Shown: positions 1 to 10,878 of the stretch, piece after piece
Numbering within the stretch: the stretch's first letter is position 1
Layout: every line of letters begins with the position of its first letter
Source of the DNA: the human T2T-CHM13v2.0 reference genome, Homo sapiens
Assembly (NCBI RefSeq): GCF_009914755.1
Contig: NC_060937.1
Length of the DNA: 64,000 bases
Strand: one strand, 5' to 3'
Position numbers and translations under genes: made by a program
Notes under the pieces: generated by a model
Seen by the model: only the letters and a program-made list of their open reading frames with translations
What the model was told of the DNA's origin: nothing
Databases searched by the model: none

Positions 1-32
1 AGTGCTTCTGTCTAGATTTTAGATGATGATAT

Positions 33-49
33 TCCCGTTTCCAACGAAA
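33..49 (-). promoter_or_regulatory. CENP-B box (TTTCGTTGGAAACGGGA), representative of unit position 33-49
   Basis: Plus strand TCCCGTTTCCAACGAAA; matches the NTTCGNNNNANNCGGGN core. Recurs in every HOR except the mutated copy at 52381. Confidence 0.95.
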
Positions 50-203
50 TCGTTAGAGCTATCCAAATATCCACTTACAGTTGCTACAAAAACAGTGTTT
101 CCAAACTGCTGCATCAAAAGAAAGGTTCAACTCTGTTAGTTGAGGACACACGTCACAAAGAAGTTTGTGAGAATGCTTCTGTCTAGATTTTGTATGACGA
201 TAT

Positions 204-220
204 TCCCTTTTCCAACGATA
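204..220 (-). other. Degenerate, presumably non-binding CENP-B-box-like site
   Basis: TCCCTTTTCCAACGATA (7-mer haplotype) or TCCCTTTTCCAGCGATA (11-mer haplotype). It lacks the CpG of CGGG and has ATCG instead of TTCG. One per HOR. Confidence 0.8.
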
Positions 221-541
221 TCATTAAAGCAATCTAAATATCCATTTGCAGAATCCACAAAAATAGAGTTTCAAAGCTGCTCTGTAAAAAGAAAGGTTCC
301 ACTCTGTTAGCTGAGTACACACATCACAAACTTGTTTCTCAGAATCCTTCTGTCTCGTTTTTCTGGGAAGATATTTACTTTTTCACCGTAGGCATCAAAG
401 CGCTCCAAATGTCCACATCCAGATACTCCAGAAAGAGTGTTTCAAACCTGCTCTATGAAAGGGAATCTTCAACTCTATGAGTTGAATGCAGACATCAGAA
501 AGAAATTTCTGAGAATGCTGCTGTCTACCTTTTATTTGAAT

Positions 542-558
542 TCCCGCTTCCAACGAAA
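542..558 (-). promoter_or_regulatory. CENP-B box (TTTCGTTGGAAGCGGGA), representative
   Basis: Plus strand TCCCGCTTCCAACGAAA, overlapping the EcoRI site at 538-543. Confidence 0.95.
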
Positions 559-881
559 TCCTCCAAGCTATCCAAATATCCACTTGCAGATTCCACAAAA
601 AGAGTGTTTCAAAACTGCTCTCTATCAATGGCAAAGTTCAACTCTGTTAGTTGAGGACACATATCACCAACAAGTTTCTGAGAATGCTTCTGTCTATTTT
701 TTATGGGAAGATATTTCCTTTTTCACCGTAGGCGTCAAGGCGATCGAAATGTCCACTTCCACAAACTACAAAAAGAGTGTTTCAAACCTGCTCTATGAAA
801 GGCCATGTTCATCTCTATGAGTCGAATGGAAATATCCGAAAGAAATTTCTGGGAATGCTGCTGTCTAGTTTTTATACGAAT

Positions 882-898
882 TCCCGCTTCCAACGAAA
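882..898 (-). promoter_or_regulatory. CENP-B box (TTTCGTTGGAAGCGGGA), representative
   Basis: Plus strand TCCCGCTTCCAACGAAA, 340 bp after the previous box. There are 3 boxes per 7-mer, 5 per 11-mer and 7 in the 15-mer, giving 169 box positions in the window by unit count; I saw one mutated. Confidence 0.95.
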
Positions 899-3800
899 TC
901 CTCAAAGCAATCCAAATATCCACTTGCAGAATCCACAAAAAGAGTGTTTCAAAACTGCTCTATCAATAGAAAGGTTCAACTCTTTTAGTTGAGTACACAC
1001 ATCACAAACAAGTTTCTGAGAATGCTTCTGTCTGGCTTTTATTGGAAGACGTTTCCTTTTCACCAAAGGCATCAAAGCGCTCCAAATGTCCACTTCCAGA
1101 TTCTTCCAAAAGAGTGTTTGAAACGTGCTCAAAGTAAGGGAATGTTCAACTCTGTGACTTGAATGCAGATATCACCAAGTAGTTTCTAATAGTGCTTCTG
1201 TCTAGATTTTAGATGATGATATTCCCGTTTCCAACGAAATCGTTAGAGCTATCCAAATATCCACTTACAGTTGCTACAAAAACAGTGTTTCCAAACTGCT
1301 GCATCAAAAGAAAGGTTCAACTCTGTTAGTTGAGGACACACGTCACAAAGAAGTTTGTGAGAATGCTTCTGTCTAGATTTTGTATGACGATATTCCCTTT
1401 TCCAACGATATCATTAAAGCAATCTAAATATCCATTTGCAGAATCCACAAAAATAGAGTTTCAAAGCTGCTCTGTAAAAAGAAAGGTTCCACTCTGTTAG
1501 CTGAGTACACACATCACAAACTTGTTTCTCAGAATCCTTCTGTCTCGTTTTTATGGGAAGATATTTACTTTTTCACCGTAGGCATCAAAGCGCTCCAAAT
1601 GTCCACATCCAGATACTCCAGAAAGAGTGTTTCAAACCTGCTCTATGAAAGGGAATCTTCAACTCTATGAGTTGAATGCAGACATCAGAAAGAAATTTCT
1701 GAGAATGCTGCTGTCTACCTTTTATTTGAATTCCCGCTTCCAACGAAATCCTCCAAGCTATCCAAATATCCACTTGCAGATTCCACAAAAAGAGTGTTTC
1801 AAAACTGCTCTCTATCAATGGCAAAGTTCAACTCTGTTAGTTGAGGACACATATCACCAACAAGTTTCTGAGAATGCTTCTGTCTATTTTTTATGGGAAG
1901 ATATTTCCTTTTTCACCGTAGGCGTCAAGGCGATCGAAATGTCCACTTCCACAAACTACAAAAAGAGTGTTTCAAACCTGCTCTATGAAAGGCCATGTTC
2001 ATCTCTATGAGTCGAATGGAAATATCCGAAAGAAATTTCTGGGAATGCTGCTGTCTAGTTTTTATACGAATTCCCGCTTCCAACGAAATCCTCAAAGCAA
2101 TCCAAATATCCACTTGCAGAATCCACAAAAAGAGTGTTTCAAAACTGCTCTATCAATAGAAAGGTTCAACTCTTTTAGTTGAGTACACACATCACAAACA
2201 AGTTTCTGAGAATGCTTCTGTCTGGCTTTTATTGGAAGACGTTTCCTTTTCACCAAAGGCATCAAAGCGCTCCAAATGTCCACTTCCAGATTCTTCCAAA
2301 AGAGTGTTTGAAACGTGCTCAAAGTAAGGGAATGTTCAACTCTGTGACTTGAATGCAGATATCACCAAGTAGTTTCTAATAGTGCTTCTGTCTAGATTTT
2401 AGATGATGATATTCCCGTTTCCAACGAAATCGTTAGAGCTATCCAAATATCCACTTACAGTTGCTACAAAAACAGTGTTTCCAAACTGCTGCATCAAAAG
2501 AAAGGTTCAACTCTGTTAGTTGAGGACACACGTCACAAAGAAGTTTGTGAGAATGCTTCTGTCTAGATTTTGTATGACGATATTCCCTTTTCCAACGATA
2601 TCATTAAAGCAATCTAAATATCCATTTGCAGAATCCACAAAAATAGAGTTTCAAAGCTGCTCTGTAAAAAGAAAGGTTCCACTCTGTTAGCTGAGTACAC
2701 ACATCACAAACTTGTTTCTCAGAATCCTTCTGTCTCGTTTTTATGGGAAGATATTTACTTTTTCACCGTAGGCATCAAAGCGCTCCAAATGTCCACATCC
2801 AGATACTCCAGAAAGAGTGTTTCAAACCTGCTCTATGAAAGGGAATCTTCAACTCTATGAGTTGAATGCAGACATCAGAAAGAAATTTCTGAGAATGCTG
2901 CTGTCTACCTTTTATTTGAATTCCCGCTTCCAACGAAATCCTCCAAGCTATCCAAATATCCACTTGCAGATTCCACAAAAAGAGTGTTTCAAAACTGCTC
3001 TCTATCAATGGCAAAGTTCAACTCTGTTAGTTGAGGACACATATCACCAACAAGTTTCTGAGAATGCTTCTGTCTATTTTTTATGGGAAGATATTTCCTT
3101 TTTCACCGTAGGCGTCAAGGCGATCGAAATGTCCACTTCCACAAACTACAAAAAGAGTGTTTCAAACCTGCTCTATGAAAGGCCATGTTCATCTCTATGA
3201 GTCGAATGGAAATATCCGAAAGAAATTTCTGGGAATGCTGCTGTCTAGTTTTTATACGAATTCCCGCTTCCAACGAAATCCTCAAAGCAATCCAAATATC
3301 CACTTGCAGAATCCACAAAAAGAGTGTTTCAAAACTGCTCTATCAATAGAAAGGTTCAACTCTTTTAGTTGAGTACACACATCACAAACAAGTTTCTGAG
3401 AATGCTTCTGTCTGGCTTTTATTGGAAGACGTTTCCTTTTCACCAAAGGCATCAAAGCGCTCCAAATGTCCACTTCCAGATTCTTCCAAAAGAGTGTTTG
3501 AAACGTGCTCAAAGTAAGGGAATGTTCAACTCTGTGACTTGAATGCAGATATCACCAAGTAGTTTCTAATAGTGCTTCTGTCTAGATTTTAGATGATGAT
3601 ATTCCCGTTTCCAACGAAATCGTTAGAGCTATCCAAATATCCACTTACAGTTGCTACAAAAACAGTGTTTCCAAACTGCTGCATCAAAAGAAAGGTTCAA
3701 CTCTGTTAGTTGAGGACACACGTCACAAAGAAGTTTGTGAGAATGCTTCTGTCTAGATTTTGTATGACGATATTCCCTTTTCCAACGATATCGTTAAAGC

Positions 3801-5950
3801 AATCTAAATATCCATTTGCAGAATCCACAAAAATAGAGTTTCAAAGCTGCTCTGTAAAAAGAAAGGTTCCACTCTGTTAGCTGAGTACACACATCACAAA
3901 CTTGTTTCTCAGAATCCTTCTGTCTCGTTTTTCTGGGAAGATATTTACTTTTTCACCGTAGGCATCAAAGCGCTCCAAATGTCCACATCCAGATACTCCA
4001 GAAAGAGTGTTTCAAACCTGCTCTATGAAAGGGAATCTTCAACTCTATGAGTTGAATGCAGACATCAGAAAGAAATTTCTGAGAATGCTGCTGTCTACCT
4101 TTTATTTGAATTCCCGCTTCCAACGAAATCCTCCAAGCTATCCAAATATCCACTTGCAGATTCCACAAAAAGAGTGTTTCAAAACTGCTCTCTATCAATG
4201 GCAAAGTTCAACTCTGTTAGTTGAGGACACATATCACCAACAAGTTTCTGAGAATGCTTCTGTCTATTTTTTATGGGAAGATATTTCCTTTTTCACCGTA
4301 GGCGTCAAGGCGATCGAAATGTCCACTTCCACAAACTACAAAAAGAGTGTTTCAAACCTGCTCTATGAAAGGCCATGTTCATCTCTATGAGTCGAATGGA
4401 AATATCCGAAAGAAATTTCTGGGAATGCTGCTGTCTAGTTTTTATACGAATTCCCGCTTCCAACGAAATCCTCAAAGCAATCCAAATATCCACTTGCAGA
4501 ATCCACAAAAAGAGTGTTTCAAAACTGCTCTATCAATAGAAAGGTTCAACTCTTTTAGTTGAGTACACACATCACAAACAAGTTTCTGAGAATGCTTCTG
4601 TCTGGCTTTTATTGGAAGACGTTTCCTTTTCACCAAAGGCATCAAAGCGCTCCAAATGTCCACTTCCAGATTCTTCCAAAAGAGTGTTTGAAACGTGCTC
4701 AAAGTAAGGGAATGTTCAACTCTGTGACTTGAATGCAGATATCACCAAGTAGTTTCTAATAGTGCTTCTGTCTAGATTTTAGATGATGATATTCCCGTTT
4801 CCAACGAAATCGTTAGAGCTATCCAAATATCCACTTACAGTTTCTACAAAAACAGTGTTTCCAAACTGCTGCATCAAAAGAAAGGTTCAACTCTGTTAGT
4901 TGAGGACACACGTCACAAAGAAGTTTGTGAGAATGCTTCTGTCTAGATTTTGTATGACGATATTCCCTTTTCCAACGATATCGTTAAAGCAATCTAAATA
5001 TCCATTTGCAGAATCCACAAAAATAGAGTTTCAAAGCTGCTCTGTAAAAAGAAAGGTTCCACTCTGTTAGCTGAGTACACACATCACAAACTTGTTTCTG
5101 AGAATCCTTCTGTCTCGTTTTTATGGGAAGATATTTACTTTTTCACCGTAGGCATCAAAGCGCTCCAAATGTCCACATCCAGATACTCCAGAAAGAGTGT
5201 TTCAAACCTGCTCTATGAAAGGGAATCTTCAACTCTATGAGTTGAATGCAGACATCAGAAAGAAATTTCTGAGAATGCTGCTGTCTACCTTTTATTTGAA
5301 TTCCCGCTTCCAACGAAATCCTCCAAGCTATCCAAATATCCACTTGCAGATTCCACAAAAAGAGTGTTTCAAAACTGCTCTCTATCAATGGCAAAGTTCA
5401 ACTCTGTTAGTTGAGGACACATATCACCAACAAGTTTCTGAGAATGCTTCTGTCTATTTTTTATGGGAAGATATTTCCTTTTTCACCGTAGGCGTCAAGG
5501 CGATCGAAATGTCCACTTCCACAAACTACAAAAAGAGTGTTTCAAACCTGCTCTATGAAAGGCCATGTTCATCTCTATGAGTCGAATGGAAATATCCGAA
5601 AGAAATTTCTGGGAATGCTGCTGTCTAGTTTTTATACGAATTCCCGCTTCCAACGAAATCCTCAAAGCAATCCAAATATCCACTTGCAGAATCCACAAAA
5701 AGAGTGTTTCAAAACTGCTCTATCAATAGAAAGGTTCAACTCTTTTAGTTGAGTACACACATCACAAACAAGTTTCTGAGAATGCTTCTGTCTGGCTTTT
5801 ATTGGAAGACGTTTCCTTTTCACCAAAGGCATCAAAGCGCTCCAAATGTCCACTTCCAGATTCTTCCAAAAGAGTGTTTGAAACGTGCTCAAAGTAAGGG
5901 AATGTTCAACTCTGTGACTTGAATGCAGATATCACCAAGTAGTTTCTAAT

Positions 5951-7820
5951 AGTGCTTCTGTCTAGATTTTAGATGATGATATTCCCGTTTCCAACGAAAT
6001 CGTTAGAGCTATCCAAATATCCACTTACAGTTTCTACAAAAAGAGTGTTTCCAAACTGCTGCATCAAAAGAAAGGTTCAACTCTGTTAGTTGAGGACACA
6101 CATCACAAAGAAGTTTGTGAGAATGCTTCTGTCTAGATTTTGTATGACCATATTCCCTTTTCCAGCGATATCATTAAAGCAATCTAAATATCCATTTGCA
6201 GAATCCACAAAAATAGAGTTTCAAAGCTGCTCTGTAAAAAGAAAGGTTCCACTCTGTTAGCTGAGTACACACATCACAAACTTGTTTCTCAGAATCCTTC
6301 TGTCTCGTTTTTCTGGGAAGATATTTACTTTTTCACCGTAGGCATCAAAGCGCTCCAAATGTCCACATCCAGATACTCCAGAAAGAGTGTTTCAAACCTG
6401 CTCTATGAAAGGGAATCTTCAACTCTATGAGTTGAATGCAGACATCAGAAAGAAATTTCTGAGAATGCTGCTGTCTACCTTTTATTTGAATTCCCGCTTC
6501 CAACGAAATCCTCCAAGCTATCCAAATATCCACCTGCATTTTCCACAAAAAGAGCGTTTCAAAACTGCTCTATCAATAGAAATGTTCAACTCCTTTGGCT
6601 GGGTACACACATCACAAACAAGTTTCTGAGAATGCTTCTGTCTAGTTTTTATGGGAAGACATTCCCTTTTTCACCAAAGGCATCAAAGCGCTCCAAATGT
6701 CCACTTCCAGACACTACAAAAAGAGTGTTTCCAACGTGCTCTAAGAAAGCGAATGTTCAACTCTGTGACTTGAATGCAGATATCACAAAGTAGTTTCTGA
6801 GAGGGCTTCTGTCTAGATTTTAGATGATGATATTCCCGTTTCCAACGAAATCATTAGAGCTATCCAAATATCCACTTACAGTTTCTACAAAAAGAGTGTT
6901 TCCAAACTGCTGCATCAAAAGAGAGGTTCCACTCTGTTAGCTGAGTACACACATCACAAACTTGTTTCTCAGAATCCTTCTGTCTCGTTTTCCTGGGAAG
7001 ATATTTACTTTTTCACCGTAGGCATCAAAGCGCTCCAAATGTCCACATCCAGATACTCCAGAAAGAGTGTTTCAAACCTGCTCTATGAAAGGGAATCTTC
7101 AACTCTATGAGTTGAATGCAGACATCAGAAAGAAATTTCTGAGAATGCTGCTGTCTACCTTTTATTTGAATTCCCGCTTCCAACGAAATCCTCCAAGCTA
7201 TCCAAATATCCACTTGCAGATTCCACAAAAAGAGTGTTTCAAAACTGCTCTCTATCAATGGCAAAGTTCAACTCTGTTAGTTGAGGACACATATCACCAA
7301 CAAGTTTCTGAGAATGCTTCTGTCTATTTTTTATGGGAAGATATTTCCTTTTTCACCGTAGGCGTCAAGGCGATCGAAATGTCCACTTCCACAAACTACA
7401 AAAAGAGTGTTTCAAACCTGCTCTATGAAAGGCCATGTTCATCTCTATGAGTCGAATGGAAATATCCGAAAGAAATTTCTGGGAATGCTGCTGTCTAGTT
7501 TTTATACGAATTCCCGCTTCCAACGAAATCCTCAAAGCAATCCAAATATCCACTTGCAGAATCCACAAAAAGAGTGTTTCAAAACTGCTCTATCAATAGA
7601 AAGGTTCAACTCTTTTAGTTGAGTACACACATCACAAACAAGTTTCTGAGAATGCTTCTGTCTGGCTTTTATTGGAAGACGTTTCCTTTTCACCAAAGGC
7701 ATCAAAGCGCTCCAAATGTCCACTTCCAGATTCTTCCAAAAGAGTGTTTGAAACGTGCTCAAAGTAAGGGAATGTTCAACTCTGTGACTTGAATGCAGAT
7801 ATCACCAAGTAGTTTCTAAT
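5951..7820 (-). repeat. 11-mer HOR type A (1870 bp)
   Basis: 7-mer plus a 680-bp 4-monomer block carrying GAATTC, CACCTGCATT, GAGCGTTTC, ATAGAAATG and TTTGGCTGGGTAC. Confidence 0.95.
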
Positions 7821-9010
7821 AGTGCTTCTGTCTAGATTTTAGATGATGATATTCCCGTTTCCAACGAAATCGTTAGAGCTATCCAAATATCCACTTACAG
7901 TTGCTACAAAAACAGTGTTTCCAAACTGCTGCATCAAAAGAAAGGTTCAACTCTGTTAGTTGAGGACACACGTCACAAAGAAGTTTGTGAGAATGCTTCT
8001 GTCTAGATTTTGTATGACGATATTCCCTTTTCCAACGATATCATTAAAGCAATCTAAATATCCATTTGCAGAATCCACAAAAATAGAGTTTCAAAGCTGC
8101 TCTGTAAAAAGAAAGGTTCCACTCTGTTAGCTGAGTACACACATCACAAACTTGTTTCTCAGAATCCTTCTGTCTCGTTTTTATGGGAAGATATTTACTT
8201 TTTCACCGTAGGCATCAAAGCGCTCCAAATGTCCACATCCAGATACTCCAGAAAGAGTGTTTCAAACCTGCTCTATGAAAGGGAATCTTCAACTCTATGA
8301 GTTGAATGCAGACATCAGAAAGAAATTTCTGAGAATGCTGCTGTCTACCTTTTATTTGAATTCCCGCTTCCAACGAAATCCTCCAAGCTATCCAAATATC
8401 CACTTGCAGATTCCACAAAAAGAGTGTTTCAAAACTGCTCTCTATCAATGGCAAAGTTCAACTCTGTTAGTTGAGGACACATATCACCAACAAGTTTCTG
8501 AGAATGCTTCTGTCTATTTTTTATGGGAAGATATTTCCTTTTTCACCGTAGGCGTCAAGGCGATCGAAATGTCCACTTCCACAAACTACAAAAAGAGTGT
8601 TTCAAACCTGCTCTATGAAAGGCCATGTTCATCTCTATGAGTTGAATGGAAATATCCGAAAGAAATTTCTGGGAATGCTGCTGTCTAGTTTTTATACGAA
8701 TTCCCGCTTCCAACGAAATCCTCAAAGCAATCCAAATATCCACTTGCAGAATCCACAAAAAGAGTGTTTCAAAACTGCTCTATCAATAGAAAGGTTCAAC
8801 TCTTTTAGTTGAGTACACACATCACAAACAAGTTTCTGAGAATGCTTCTGTCTGGCTTTTATTGGAAGACGTTTCCTTTTCACCAAAGGCATCAAAGCGC
8901 TCCAAATGTCCACTTCCAGATTCTTCCAAAAGAGTGTTTGAAACGTGCTCAAAGTAAGGGAATGTTCAACTCTGTGACTTGAATGCAGATATCACCAAGT
9001 AGTTTCTAAT
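7821..9010 (-). repeat. 7-mer HOR
   Basis: 1190-bp spacing, no 4-mer block. Confidence 0.95.
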
Positions 9011-10878
9011 AGTGCTTCTGTCTAGATTTTAGATGATGATATTCCCGTTTCCAACGAAATCGTTAGAGCTATCCAAATATCCACTTACAGTTTCTACAAA
9101 AAGAGTGTTTCCAAACTGCTGCATCAAAAGAAAGGTTCAACTCTGTTAGTTGAGGACACACATCACAAAGAAGTTTGTGAGAATGCTTCTGTCTAGATTT
9201 TGTATGACCATATTCCCTTTTCCAGCGATATCATTAAAGCAATCTAAATATCCATTTGCAGAATCCACAAAAATAGAGTTTCAAAGCTGCTCTGTAAAAA
9301 GAAAGGTTCCACTCTGTTAGCTGAGTACACACATCACAAACTTGTTTCTGAGAATCCTTCTGTCTCGTTTTTATGGGAAGATATTTACTTTTTCACCGTA
9401 GGCATCAAAGCGCTCCAAATGTCCACATCCAGATACTCCAGAAAGAGTGTTTCAAACCTGCTCTATGAAAGGGAATCTTCAACTCTATGAGTTGAATGCA
9501 GACATCAGAAAGAAATTTCTGAGAATGCTGCTGTCTACCTTTTATTTGAACTCCCGCTTCCAACGAAATCCTCCAAGCTATCCAAATATCCACTTGCATT
9601 TTCCACAAAAAGAGTGCTTCAAAACTGCTCTATCAATAAATGTTCAACTCCTTTAGCTGGGTGCACACATCACAAACAAGTTTCTGAGAATGCTTCTGTC
9701 TAGTTTTTATGGGAAGACATTCCCTTTTTCACCAAAGGCATCAAAGCGCTCCAAATGTCCACTTCCAGACACTACAAAAAGAGTGTTTCCAACGTGCTCT
9801 AAGAAAGCGAATGTTCAACTCTGTGACTTGAATGCAGATATCACAAAGTAGTTTCTGAGAGGGCTTCTGTCTAGATTTTAGATGATGATATTCCCGTTTC
9901 CAACGAAATCATTAGAGCTATCCAAATATCCACTTACAGTTTCTACAAAAAGAGTGTTTCCAAACTGCTGCATCAAAAGAGAGGTTCCACTCTGTTAGCT
10001 GAGTACACACATCACAAACTTGTTTCTCAGAATCCTTCTGTCTCGTTTTTCTGGGAAGATATTTACTTTTTCACCGTAGGCATCAAAGCGCTCCAAATGT
10101 CCACATCCAGATACTCCAGAAAGAGTGTTTCAAACCTGCTCTATGAAAGGGAATCTTCAACTCTATGAGTTGAATGCAGACATCAGAAAGAAATTTCTGA
10201 GAATGCTGCTGTCTACCTTTTATTTGAATTCCCGCTTCCAACGAAATCCTCCAAGCTATCCAAATATCCACTTGCAGATTCCACAAAAAGAGTGTTTCAA
10301 AACTGCTCTCTATCAATGGCAAAGTTCAACTCTGTTAGTTGAGGACACATATCACCAACAAGTTTCTGAGAATGCTTCTGTCTATTTTTTATGGGAAGAT
10401 ATTTCCTTTTTCACCGTAGGCGTCAAGGCGATCGAAATGTCCACTTCCACAAACTACAAAAAGAGTGTTTCAAACCTGCTCTATGAAAGGCCATGTTCAT
10501 CTCTATGAGTCGAATGGAAATATCCGAAAGAAATTTCTGGGAATGCTGCTGTCTAGTTTTTATACGAATTCCCGCTTCCAACGAAATCCTCAAAGCAATC
10601 CAAATATCCACTTGCAGAATCCACAAAAAGAGTGTTTCAAAACTGCTCTATCAATAGAAAGGTTCAACTCTTTTAGTTGAGTACACACATCACAAACAAG
10701 TTTCTGAGAATGCTTCTGTCTGGCTTTTATTGGAAGACGTTTCCTTTTCACCAAAGGCATCAAAGCGCTCCAAATGTCCACTTCCAGATTCTTCCAAAAG
10801 AGTGTTTGAAACGTGCTCAAAGTAAGGGAATGTTCAACTCTGTGACTTGAATGCAGATATCACCAAGTAGTTTCTAAT
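9011..10878 (-). repeat. 11-mer HOR type B (1868 bp)
   Basis: 678-bp block carrying GAACTC (EcoRI lost), CACTTGCATT, GAGTGCTTC, ATAAATG (2-bp deletion) and TTTAGCTGGGTGC. Confidence 0.95.

Larger units (their letters stand above)
1..5950 (-). repeat. Five tandem 7-mer HORs (1190 bp each; starts 1, 1191, 2381, 3571, 4761)
   Basis: The unit-start motif and the ORF pattern recur at exactly 1190 bp (395, 1585, 2775, 3965, 5155). Confidence 0.97.
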
